27,270 nt of DNA. Origin: Rhizaria sp. SCN 62-66. Lineage: Eukaryota. The stretch is from the NCBI GenBank assembly GCA_001724265.1, contig MEDY01000237.1, forward strand, positions 62,001-89,270. The letters are read 5' to 3'. Numbering within the stretch: position 1 is the stretch's first letter; each line of letters starts with the position of its first letter. Of this stretch, positions 1-12,032 are shown in pieces. Under the pieces are notes generated by a model. That model was given only the letters and a program-made list of their open reading frames with translations, did no database searches and had not been told where the DNA came from. Both the position numbers and the translations under genes were made by a program.

Positions 1-2
1 GG

Positions 3-2618
3 GACGAGATTGTGGCGCTGCTTGTGGCCGCTGAGGCGAAGTAGCGCGGTAGCGGCGGTGGTACTAGCAACCGCAGTTCCGGTGGCAACAATGGCGGCGG
101 GTCGAATAACTCTGGTGGCAATGGCAGTGGACTCGCGGCAGCAACATAGGCAAACCGGCATACCTTTGAATCTCTTTTTAACAACGCCAACAACAATGGC
201 AACAACAAATCAGACAAGAAGAACGCTAAGACGAGCTCGAACACCGACACGACCCGTCATAGTTCAAGTCAAAACACGTCCACTGTGAAAAGCTCACACA
301 GCAGCACCGAGACCAGCCCCAGCCACGACCGCAACATCGGCAGTAGTCCCCGCCGCCGCAATGTTAGCGCCGCCAGCCGCAACCGCAACAGCAGCAGCGG
401 CGGCAGCAGCGGTGGCGGCAGCAGCATCGCCGTCGACCGTGCGGCCGCCGCCGCCGCCGCCGCGGCCCGCGCAGCCGGGGACCCTTCGGGCGGCGCGCGG
501 GCGGTGCAGACGGCGGCGGCGGTCGAGTCCGCGCAGCGGCGCCTGCTGCTCGACAGCGCCATGGTCCCGGGGCTCAGTGTGGTGGCGCTGCCGACCGCGG
601 CCGAGGCGGCGGCGGCGAGTGTGGCTCGCGAGTGGGAGCAGGAGGAAGACGACGAGGCCGAGGTCGAGCACGGGTTTCTGCGGAACCTGCACAGCGGCGG
701 TGTAAGTAAGCTGAGCTTGAATAGCGGCGAAGACGATATCGGTCCTGTCGCTGTGCGGGGCGCCAAGAGTGTGGCTGCCGTCGTCACCGACAGTGGCGAG
801 GAGCTCGACCCCTTCGTCAATAACAGTGACATCGTCGATGTCTTGGACACCAACACTGTTGACCTTGACAGCGACGTTGAGCGCGCGTTTGGGGCGAGCA
901 ACAACAAAAACAAGCCTAAGTCAACGTCAAAGACTGCTCACATCGCTCCTGCCGTGTACACCGACGTTGAGGGCAACGAAACCGTCGTCAGCGCCGCTGC
1001 TAGCCGCGGCCCGCTGTCCGACGCGGAGGCGGAAGCCGAGGCCGAGGCCGTGTTGCAGCGCCTCATTGCCGACTCCGACTCCGAGTCAGCCGCCGGCCTG
1101 CGCGAGCGGCCGCGCCCGTCGTCGGCGCGCTCGCCGCCGCAGCGCGACCCGCAGTACGAGGAGCCGCTGCAGCGCAGCGTCGAGGGGCTGGCCGTGCGCC
1201 GCGGCGGCGTTCACCCCGTCACGGGACTGCCACTGGCTGCCGCCACCGCCGCCGTGTACCTCGACAGCGGTAGCGAAGGGGTCGAGTTCGGCCCTCTTGG
1301 CAGCGACAGCGACGGGCGGCTATTCATCAGCCGCGGTCACGGTTACGGTGGCGGCGACGACGCTGGGTCTGGCATGGAGTTCGACACCGCGAGCGGCAGC
1401 GGCAGCGACGGGGACTTCCGTGTCACTCACGGCCGTCGCAGCCTCGGCCGTCGCCGCGACGGCGGCGACAGCGACGGCGTCGACAGCGACGGGTACGACT
1501 CCGAGGGCCGCAAAGTAATCCGCGTGGTCAACGATGCCGGCGAGGTCGAGGTGTACGTGTTTTCTGACTCGGACGGCGAGCCGCGCTCACTCGACGAGGC
1601 CATGGAGGCGGTCTACAGGGCCACCGACGCCGACGCTGATGCCGCGGACAGCGACGGGCCGGACGCCGCGCTCGTCGCGCTTGCCAACGCCACCGATGTC
1701 GACGCGGACCACTTCTTCTCCGCGCACGGGCCCAGCGACGCGGCCGGCCGGGCGGACCCGTTTGGGTACTTCTCCAGCCAGAGCGAGAGCGAGGGCGCCG
1801 TTCTTCTGCACCGCGGCGGCGGCAGCAACAACGGCAACGGCGGCCGCAAGCTGCTGCCGCCGGTGCCCCCGCTGGGCGGCGGCTCCGGCGCGGCGCTGCA
1901 CGGCCACGGGCACGGGTACGCAACACACGGGTCGCTCGCATACGGGGACTACCTGCCGGGCGTTGTGCGTGACGCCTGTGCCCCCGGCGCGGTGCTCAGC
2001 GGCGCGGGCGGCGCGCTGCCGCCGGGGCCTGGGGACGAGTTCTACCACCACCGCAACGCGGTGATTCGCAAGCATCGCCACGCTGCTGCCGCAGTCGCTT
2101 CGGCGAAACCTGCGACGGCGACGGCGACGGCCAAGGCAGCAGCAGCGGCGGCGACCGCGGTGACGGCGACCGCGGTTGGCGTCAACGACGGGCGGCCCCC
2201 GAGCAGCGCCAAGGCGAACGCGACCGGCACTGGCACTGAGACCGACTCCGACAACAACTCTCCCAGTCAAAGCACCACTTACGCCGGTCTCAAGTGGGAC
2301 GACGGTGAGACCGCCGCGGGGCACCGCGCCGTCGCGGCTGCTGCAGAGCGCGGCGGCTGGCTGTCTGGCGCCGAATCCGCCGAGTCTGCGGCTGCCGAAT
2401 CCGAGCTGGACCTCGACTCTGACCTGGACGTCGCAGTCAGCACTAAGGCCAAGGCTGCGGCGGGGGCGGGGGCGGCGGCGGCGGGGAGCGACGAGGAGTG
2501 GGGCGGGCGGCTCAACGCGGACGAGGCCGAGGAGCGCCGGCGGCTCGAGACGCTGGCGCGGCTGGACGACATCGCGGCCGAGATCGCCGCGGGCGGGGGC
2601 CGGAGCAGGCGCAAGTGA
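3..2618 (+). CDS. 5'-truncated hypothetical low-complexity acidic protein (>=871 aa), read through two in-frame TAG codons (42-44, 147-149); many DSD/SDSE motifs
   Basis: The frame of ORF 285..2618 runs back to the window edge with no TAA/TGA: DEIVALLVAAEAK*RGSGGGTSNRSSGGNNGGGSNNSGGNGSGLAAAT*ANRHTFESLFNNANNNGNNKSDKK...STVKSSH. Composition matches the rest of the protein. GC drops sharply after TGA 2616-2618. No domain recognised. Confidence 0.8.
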
Positions 2619-2918
2619 GACTGTGCGTTGTTGACCTTGATCTCCAAAGTCGTGATGCCTATTTGTTACATATTACTCAAAATCGGTTCTTATTTATTAA
2701 TATATTCTGCATCTTCAATAACCAGCAAAAAAACTTTGTTCTTCAGGCATACAAAACGTAGTGCTTTCAAACAATAAATGAAGGGACAGAATGATAAAAG
2801 GTCTAACTAATGTATTCGTCGTAAAATATAATCTCACTCTAATCATAATAAACGTGTTGCTTTTAAAACAACGCGCTTCACAGTCAATGTTTGTGCTATA
2901 ATGCTACTCCGCTGCCGC

Positions 2919-5900
2919 TTACCGTGAGTTCTCCGTCGAAGTGATCCCGATCGAGAACTCGTGTTCGCTCATCCCGCCGAACTCTCCCCCAGCGCTCCCC
3001 GCCGCAGCGGCAGCGCCGAAGTCGCCGGAGCGCCGCGCGGCGGGGGAAGCGGGTCCGAACGCGGGCCACCCACCGGCGCCTGCCACCACGGGCCCCACGC
3101 CCGCCGCGGTGGCTGCGCTGGGCTGGCCGCGCGCGCCGACGGGGAGGCCGGGCGAGGCCGCGGCGCCCGCGGAGAGCGAGGACTTGGAGCTGGGGCGGTA
3201 GGCCGACTCGTCGACCAGAATGCTCGCGTAGCTGGGATCCGTCCCGCCGTTGCTGCCGCCGCCGCCGGCGGCGCCGTAGCCAAGGCCAGCCGCGTACGCG
3301 CTGCTGCCGTAGCCGCCACCGACGCCGCCGCCGACGCCGCCGCCGACGCCGAAGCCGTAGCCCGCGCCGCCGCTGCTGCCGTAGGCGCCGGAGCCTGAGG
3401 CGGCGGCGGCATAGCCCCCGAACCCGGTGTTGGCGGGCGCGGTGGGCGACGGGGCCTGGCCCCAGGCCGACCGCAGTCCGCCGCCGCCAGCACCAGCGCC
3501 AGCGCCGCTGTTGGCAAAGACGTTGCTGCCGCTGCCGTTGACGTTCGCGGGGCTGGCGTGGACGTTGGCGCCGCCGTAGGAGTTGAGCGCGGCGTTGTTG
3601 GCCGGCGAGGGCATGAAGGACAGACTGTCTTTGCCGCCGCTGCCGATGACGGCGGTGAGGTCGCCCGTCGCGGTCGAGGTGCCGTGCTGGCTGGGCGAGG
3701 CCGAGCCGCGGCTGCGGTGCACACGGTCACCGTCGCGGTCACGATCACGGTCACGATTACGGTCAGACTCGCGGTCACGGTCGCTGTCGCGCCTGTCCTT
3801 CTTGTCCTTCTTGTCCTTTTTGCTATCCCGGTCGCGGTCACGCTCACGTTCGCGGTCACCTTTATCGCTGGCGCCGTTGGACGACCGGCTAATGCTGTTG
3901 CGCCTGCTCCCGGCGGCCGCAGCGGCGGCGGCAGCGTTAGGAGTCACGGCCGCCACAGGCGTGCCGCTGCGGCTGTTATTCAAGCTGCCGCTGCGGCTGC
4001 CACTGCGGCTGCCGCTGAGGCTGCCGCGGCTCATGTTGAGCGCCTCCTCCTGCGCGCGCAGGAAGCCGCGGTTCTCGAGCGACTTGTCCAGCACGTACGG
4101 GCCGCCGACCGTGCCACCGCCGCCGCGGGCCTTGGCCTGTTGCTGCTGCTTCTCTGCGCGGCGGCGCTCGCGGTCGCGCTCACGGTCGCGGTCGAGCTCC
4201 AGCTCCCGCGCGCGCTCGGCCGCGGCCTCTGCGGCGGCGGCGGCGGCGGCGGCCTCGACCCTGGCGGCCGCGCGCTGCTGCCGTACGGCTTCGGTGCGCT
4301 TCTGCTCGGCGGCCGCGGCGGCCAGACGGGCGGACTCCTGCTGCTGGCGCATGCGCTCCAGGGCCTCCGCGCTCGTCGCGGCTGCGGAGTCCGCCGCGTC
4401 GCTACTGTGGGCAGCCGGGGGGATGTGCGCGCGCGCGAGGGCGCCCTGCAGCTCGCCAGTGAGAGTCGCAAAGTGCATGGACGACTGGGATACGGCACCG
4501 GTGTTGTTAAAGTTGTTAGCATATCCGTTAGGGTTTGCGCCGTTGGCGTTGTTAGCGTTTGCGGTATTGTTTGTGTTGTAGTGAGAGGGGAGAGCGGGGA
4601 TACTCGCGTCAAGGCCAAAATCAGCGTCGTCAAAGCCGTTGTTCTTGGCGACGTTGTTTCCGCTGCCAACACCGTTATTCTTGTTGTTGTTGTTAACCGT
4701 GTTGTTCTCGTCTTGCTTCACAGTGGGCACTGCAGCGGCCGAGGACGAGTCGAGGCCGCCACCAAGGCCGAGGCCGGCAAAGAGGGAGTCGTTCATCAAC
4801 GTCGTGTTGTTATTGTTACCGCTGCTATTGTAGAGACCGTTGTTGATGTTATTCGCTGCAGCATTGTTGTTACTGGCAGTCGGCAGCGCAAGCAGCTTCA
4901 TTTTCTGCTGTGGCTTAACGACGCTCTCGGCCTGGTATGCAGACGGCACCTCCTGGATCTCCTCAACGTGGTCCTCGCCGTCGTCCTTGCCGCCGTCGTC
5001 CTCGTCGATGACCGTATTGCCGAGGTCTAACCCATACGCCAGACTGAAGTCGCCGCTGCCCGCCGCCTGCAGCTTCGGCGCCGGCAGCGGCGCAGGCGCC
5101 GGCGCAGCGGCAGCAGCAGCAGCAGCACCGGCACCGGCGGTGGCGGTGATGGGACCCGTGGTGGCGAACGTGGCGGCGGCAGCGGCCGTGTCGTCAGTGG
5201 CGTCCAGGTCGAGGCCGAGGCCGCGGAGGAGGCTGTCGTCGTGTGCAAACGAGACGTTATTGTTCTTCTTCGCAACACCAGCAACACCAGCAGCGCCTCT
5301 AACAGTGCCGGTGACTGAGCTCGTGCTTGCGCCCGCACCGACAAGAGCGCCGGCGCCAGAGTTAACAACATCTGCGTTCCCAACATTCGCATTCGCGCTG
5401 TTGTTGCTGTTGAGAGTCGCAGGAACAGTGCGGGGCTGGATGGGTGAAAATCCTTCGAACAAGCTGCCAGGAAGACTCGCCACACCCGCATTCGGGCCAG
5501 CAGCGGCAGCAGCAGGGGCAGGGGTGGGGGCGCTGGTCGCAGCGGTGAGGGGACGCGCGCTGTTGCCGCCGCCGTTCCCACGGAGCCCTGCATTGCCGTT
5601 ATTGCCGGTGGCGACAGGCGTGTTGCCGCCGCCGCCGTTGTTGTTGGCGGCGCTGCCGCCGCCGTTGCTGCTGACCGAGGCCGAGCCGGGCGAAAGCAGC
5701 ACCACTGGCGCCGCGGCGGCGGGGATCTTGAACGGCGTAATGCCGATCAGCGCGCCGTGGCCGCCGCCGCCGCCGCCGGGCGCAGTGACGTTGTTGCCGT
5801 CATCGCTGGCGTTGGGGGCTGCGGGTGGGACTGTGGGCCGCGGGGTGACCGTGAGCGTGCTGTCCTGAACCGATGTCTCAGTGGCGTTAGCGGCGGCTGC

Positions 5901-7830
5901 AGCAGCGCCAGTCTCGTTGAGATCCGTCTCATCGAAATTGGCGTTTCTCATGCTGCGTCTCGCGTTGACACCATCGTCGCGAATGTTCGCAGCAGCAGGA
6001 ACGGAGATTGGCGCGGGCGCGCGCGGCGAATGCTGCATCGAGCTGTTCAGGCCCATCGCGCTCAGTAACGAGTCCGAGGCGGTATCCGCCGCCGCGGCCT
6101 CCGCAGCCACCGCCGCAGCAGCAGCAGCAGCCGCGGCAGCCGCAGCCTGACGCTTGGCCCTGAGCGCGTCCTTCTGCTGTTGCTGCAGCAGCCTACGCTT
6201 CGCGTCAGCCGCGGCCGCAGCCTCGGCCTCGGCCTCAGCGGCTGCGGCCGCGGCGGCAGCCTCAGCGGCAACAGCGGCGGCGGCCTCGGCCTCAGCGGCT
6301 GCGGCGGCCGCGGCGGCGAACGACTCATCACAGGGGTCGGTCTCAGCCTCGGCTGCGGCGGCCTCGGCGACGGCCGCGGCGGTAGCAGCAGCGGCGGCAG
6401 CGGTCGCTGCGGCCTTGCGGGCCTGGGCCTGCTGCCGCGCGCGCTGCATTGAGGCGACAACGTTGGCCAAACCGCCGCCTTCCGCGTCATCGTCAGCGCC
6501 GGCTCCGTCCTTGCCTTCGTTGTCACTATGATCAACGTCGTTGTCGTAGAGCTCCTGCTTGACAGGAGGAGCAGGCGCAGCCGTGTTAGACGGAGACTTC
6601 GCGATAATGTTCGAGTTATTCTTGACCGCTTGATGAGCACCAGCGCCGCTAAGATGGTTGTTGTTGATGTTGTGATAGTACAACTGCTGGTGATGCTGCT
6701 GCTGTTGTTGCTGCTGTAGCTGCAGCACCTGCACCTGCGCCTGCGCCAGCTGCAGCTGCAACAGCTGCTGCACCTGCGCCTGCGCCTGAGCCGTCGCCTG
6801 CGCCTGAGCCTGTTGCGACTGCAGCTGAGCCTGCAGCGCAGACTGCTGGTGGTGCACTGTGATAGCGCTGTCGCCGTCGCCGTTTGCGATTGCCGCATCG
6901 GCGACAGCAATCGGAGCGATGGCAGCGGCAGCAGCAGCAGGAGGGTTGAACAAGATCGCCGCGACTTGCGGCTTACCTTTCACGCCAGACCCCGTCGCCG
7001 CAGCCGCCGCAGCCACACCGGCCGAGGCCTCGACGGCGGCCAGACGGCGCTCCAGCTCTGCGCGCGCGGTGGCGGCCGCGGCGTCCCTGGCGGCGGCCGC
7101 GGCGGCCAGCGCGGAGGCCGAGGCCGAGAGCTGGTGGCCCCAGTCGGCGGCCTCCGCGGCGGCCTCGGCGGCCAGACTCGCGTGGACCGCCGCCCACGAC
7201 GACGCGGGCGGCGCGGGCGCCTCGGCCGCGACGGGGCCGGGGGCGGCGCTAGGGCCGGAGCTGTTGTTGATGTTCGCGCTGTGGCTGTGGCTGCGGTTGT
7301 GGTGGGACGCGCGCGCGCCACGCGTGCGGCCTGACTTCGAGGTGCTGACGATGCTGTAGTCCCTATTAGTGCTGACGCTTGCGCTCGCGCTAGCGGTGGT
7401 GCCGTCGGAGAGATAGGGCTCTGCGAGCGAGTCCGTCACCTGCACGCCTACGCTCTCGCGCATGACGGCAGCGGCGACGGCGCTGCCGACAGATCTCGCG
7501 TTTGCATTCGGGTTAGCGATGGCGTTGCTGTTGTTGTTGTTGTTGTTGTTGTTGCCATCATCATTGTCATCGTCGTCGTCGTCGTTACGATCGTCAGCGT
7601 CACCCGCTCTCGCTCTCAGCAGCTGCTCCTGCTGCTGCTGATGTTGTTGTTGCTGCTGCAGCTGCTGCTGCAGCGCAAGCGCCTTGTGCGCCTGCAGCTG
7701 GTCCTGCGCCACGGCCAGCTCCCGCTCAAGGTGCGCCTCGCGCTGCCGCCATACCGCCGAGGCCTGCAGCCGCTCCAGCGCGCCCGCGCGCACCGACGTC
7801 AGCCCTGCGCTCTCATCCCCTCCAGCACCA

Positions 7831-7861
<31 letters not shown>

Positions 7862-9226
7862 TGCCGTAGCCAGTGCCGGAGCCAGTGCGATCGCTGTTGG
7901 CCTTGTGCGCCGCGTGCTGCGGGGACGCGAAGTGCAGCGCGCGTGCGACGTCGACGTCATTCTCGTGCTCGCCGTCGCCCGCGAACGAGGCGGGGACACG
8001 GGACTGCGAGGCGGGGACGCGCGCGTGCATGTGCGCCGGAGTCAGCGCGAGCGCGGCGGCGGCGGCATTGGTAGCGACGCCGGAGTGGATCAGGCGCAGC
8101 AGCTGCGCGCGCTTGCGGGCCGTCGCGGCGCCGGCAGCGCCAATGACGGCGGTGTTCTCGACGGTCGCAGCGTTCGCAGCTGCAGCGGCATCGGCGTTGT
8201 TCGCAATCACGTTGCTGTTGCAGCTGCTCTTCACACTCTTGTTGTTGTTCTGGTTGTTGGCGAAAGAAGTGACCGGCGTGGAGTGCAACGCCACCAGGAA
8301 CGCGGGGTCGCGCCCCATCGGGCCCGTGGCGGCGCTGACGCCGAGCCGCGGGTCTTGGCCCAGGGGCAGCACCATCCTGCGCTCGCTGCCAGCGCCCAAA
8401 GCACCCGCAGTCGCGCTGGGGAGCAGCTTACCCCCGGCAGGAGCAGCGCCGTCCCGCGCCGCCTTAGCGCCGCCGCTGCTGCTGCTGCTGCTGCTGCTGT
8501 GCGCGCGGTGCGGAGTGACGATGGCCGCCGCCGCAAGCGCCTCATTGGCCCGCTCGTTCTCGCGCTCGCTGGCGACTTCGCTCTCAGCCTCCGCAGCCGC
8601 GCGCCGCAGGCGCGCCGCCGCCTCGGCCGCGTCCCGGGCCAACTCCCGCGCGCGCGCCCCGCGCAGCGGCAGCGGCGTGCCAGAGAGCAGGTGAGAGCGG
8701 CGCTGCGCGGCGGCGATGGCCGCAAGGCGCGCGTCGACCATGGCTAACTCCGCGCGCGCCGCGGGGGGCAGCATCGCGCCCACGCCCGCGCCCGCTGTAG
8801 CCGCCGCCGTCGCCGCCGTCGCCGCTGTGGCCGTAGTGGTCGTAGTGGTCGTGGCGGGGGCTGCGGTTACGGCGGTGACTCTGGGCGCAGCAGAGGAGCT
8901 GCTCACGGTCACTGGGGGGATCGCGCTGCTCACAGTCACCCCGTGATTGGTATAAACAGAGCCTGGGGAGGCTGAGGCGGAGACAGAGGCTGAGGAGAAC
9001 GTGAACGGCGACTGCTGCTGCTGCTGCTGCTGCTGTTGCTGGCACTGCAACTGTGACTAGACCTGAGACTTGTAAGGGGTTTGCGTGGGGACGTTGAAGT
9101 AAGTGCCCGCGGGGTAGACTAAGGGGTACTTAGCCTGTTGTTGTAAGGGCTCGACGCCGGGGGGGGCGTGTGACAGCGCAGCGGCCAAGGCGGCCTTGAG
9201 CTCGGCCTGGGACCTCACCGCCTGTC

Positions 9227-9264
<38 letters not shown>

Positions 9265-12032
9265 TGTTGCTGCTGCTGTTGCTGTTGCTGCGAAAGCTGT
9301 TTTTGCTGTTGCAGCACCTGCTGCTGGTGTTGCGCAAGAGAGGCGAAAGCAGGGTACTTTGACATCAACAAAGCGTTCATGTTGCCCGCATTAGCATCGT
9401 TGTGAGACTGCAATGTCTGTTGTTGCTGTTGCTGCTGCAGCTGCAGCTCTTGTTGCAGCTTCTGCAACGGCGATCGCGATCGCGGCTCCGACTGCAACCG
9501 CGACTGCAACTGACCATAAGCCCCAGCCCCAGCGCCAGCGCCAGCAGCACCAGCAGTAGCACTAGCAGCAACAGCAGCAGCAGCGGCAGTGGCAGCAGCA
9601 GCGGCAGTGGCATTAGCTGTAACAGGAACAGCGGCGGTGGCTTCGGTCTCCTCGTCCTCGATGCCGTCGCTCACGGTCACGCGCGAAGGGGACGACGTCG
9701 CCGCCGCTGCGGGTGCCGCCGCACTGCGGCTATGGCTGGGGCTATAACTCGCACCCAAACCAACACCAACATCAACAGCAACAGCAGCAGCAGCAGCATT
9801 AGCTTCGGTGTTAGTGATAGTGTGAGCAGAAGTGTTGTAGTTGTTGTTGCTATGCTGACTCTGGCTCTGGCTCTGACCCTTGTTCTGGCTGAGACTCGAA
9901 GCAGCTCCCCCTAAAGCCTGTGCCTCCGCCCGCGCGGCCCAGTACGCCCGCTCGCGCTCCTCAGCCTCGGCCTCGGCCGCGGTGGTGTCGGCCCCAGTCC
10001 CCGCCGCGGCGAGAGCTTCGGCACGGGCCGCAGCGCGCAGAGCGCGGTCGTGGGCGTCCATCTTGGCCGCCCAGTCAGAGGACGCGGCGTCGACGGGGTG
10101 ACCTTGGGCAGGAGTGGCGAAGGGACCGTGGGCAGCGGCAGTTGAGTGGCTGTGGGCAGCTGTGGTTGCAGCAGGAGTCATATCCGTGTTCGTGTTGCGA
10201 CTGCGCTGTTGCTGTTGTTGTTGGCCTTGTTGGTGTTGCTGTTGCTGATTCTGCTGACTCAGCAAGTGTAAGTACCCACTTAGACCCTCCCGCGGCGGGA
10301 AATCGTGAGCACGCGCCTCCTCTGCAGTCCAGACACCAGAGTACTCGAACACATCCTCGGCAGCAGCAGCGTGAGCGGGATTACTGAGGCCAGCGTTGTT
10401 ATAATAACCGAGATTATCCTTAGTGTGATTCGCCGTGAAATTGTTGTCGTTATACGGGTGATCATGTTCGTGTTGCCAATGCCGCGCCTCTGCCTCCGCC
10501 TCAGCCTTGACCATCTCTCGCGCCTTCATCGCATCATACGCCGCCCGCTGTTGCTCCTGCCACCCCGCCTGGTCCCCATGTGCTCCCCCATGGGTACCCA
10601 CGGGTCCGCGCGCCGCCGCCTGCGCCGCCGACACGCGCGGCCCCGCATCGTCCCCAAACCGCGCCGCCACCACCGGCAGCGACTCCGCAGCAGAGTCCAT
10701 GTTGCCTGCGGCGATGGCGCCCGCCGCGTGGGTCTGCGGCGGCGCGGCGAGGTAGTCGGGGTGTCGGTCGGGCCGCACCGCCGCGGGCGCATGTCCGGCG
10801 ACCGGGAACTCGGCCGCGTTGGGGCCGTGCAGGTGGCCCGCGGCGTGCGGCGGCAGCGGGCCCGCGGGGGGGAACGAGGCCACGGCCGTGGCGCCCGTCG
10901 AGGGCGGGGCTGCCATGGGCCAGGGGAACGACGACGCCGAGGGGGGCTGCGCGGCACCGTGCGTGCCCCCGTGTGTTCCACCGTGTGTACCGGGCGGGTT
11001 CGCGTCCGCGGTGGTGTAGTAGCGGTATGCGTGGCTCGTCGGGTCCAACATCTGCACTTGCTGTGCTTGCTGCGTCTGAGAGTGAGTGTTCGCCATGGAA
11101 TTGCCGTTATAAGTATTGTTATAAGTGTTGTTGTAAGTGCTCGGGGGCGGGTGGTCGGAGGGGAACGGCACCGGACTCGTCGGGTCGCCCCCGCCTGCAG
11201 TGCTGCCATGCCGGTACGCGTGATAACGCTGCTCACGGTCACCCGACGGAGCAGCAGAGTGACCGTGAGCAGCGGCAGCGGCGGCGCCGGGGGCAGCACC
11301 GCGGTCGGCGGTGTAAGCGTTATAGACGCCACCGCCGAGCCCCAGGCCCTGATCCTGCCCTGCTTGGCCCATAGCAGTGCCAGCGCCAGCGCCAATGTTG
11401 TAGACTGCGCCAGCGCTTGTGCTGGGGGCGTGGCCGAGCGCGCCGGGGGGGTTCGTGCCGGCGGCCGCACCCACGAGCATGGTCCCCGTCGGCTGCGGCA
11501 GCCTCGTCCCACCAGTGGCAGGAGTCAGATACGACGACTGCGGCTGCATGCCGGCCGCGAGCCCGGGAGCGGCGCCGGGAGCGCTGTTGCTGGGCCCGCC
11601 GCCGTAGCTCTGGTAGCTGTCACCGGCGGGGGCGGAACCCATGGCGACGGCAGGCGTGGGTGGGAAAGCTACTGCGGCAGGCGCGAGACCCAGCGCGGAG
11701 GCCGTCGACGTCAGGTGCGCAGGGGCCGCGGGGGCAGAACCGGGATACGCGGCCGCAGCGGAAGGCACGCCGACCAGGGACGTGCCCTGTGGAACGGGAG
11801 GCGCGGTAAGGGAGCCGGAGCTGCTCGCTGTGGGGTGACCATAACCCCCACCTTGCTGCTGCTGCTGTTGCTGCTGCTGATGTGCTTTGTTGGGGCCGTA
11901 GACGGCGCCCGTCGCTGGGAATAAGTGCTCCGCGGGAAGAGACGTCTCAAATGGGTTGGAAATAGAAGATGTGGAGAGGGCTTGGGGCGCGGCGCCGAAG
12001 GCAGCCTCCGGGGGAGGGCCGAGGTACGACAT
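2919..12032 (-). CDS. Very large intrinsically disordered protein (~3037 aa) with polyQ/polyA/polyN tracts, probable coiled coils and an RD/RE-rich segment; one in-frame TAG at 9057-9059
   Basis: Track ORFs 9057..12092 and 2919..9050 are in the same frame, joined by AAG TCT CAG GTC TAG TCA CAG TTG CAG TGC CAG (KSQV*SQLQCQQQ). First ATG at 12032 (MSYLGPPP), TAA at 2919-2921 followed by AT-rich DNA. There is no AT-rich spacer and no ATG at the junction. Confidence 0.8.
9228..9290 (-). repeat. CAG/CAA trinucleotide tract encoding 21 consecutive Gln
   Basis: 63 nt of (CTG/TTG)n on +, inside the large - strand CDS. Confidence 0.95.

Noticed and set aside
10-288. 92-aa ORF in frame 1 as a separate gene
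   Set aside because: It starts at TTG and is a shifted reading of the frame-3 G/N/S sequence, which continues into the 777-aa ORF.
42-9059. Pyrrolysine, selenocysteine or pseudogene explanations for the internal stops
   Set aside because: Pyl is prokaryotic and Sec uses UGA. Decay would be expected to give TGA/TAA and frameshifts too, but only TAG is seen. A pseudogene or error origin is disfavoured, not excluded.
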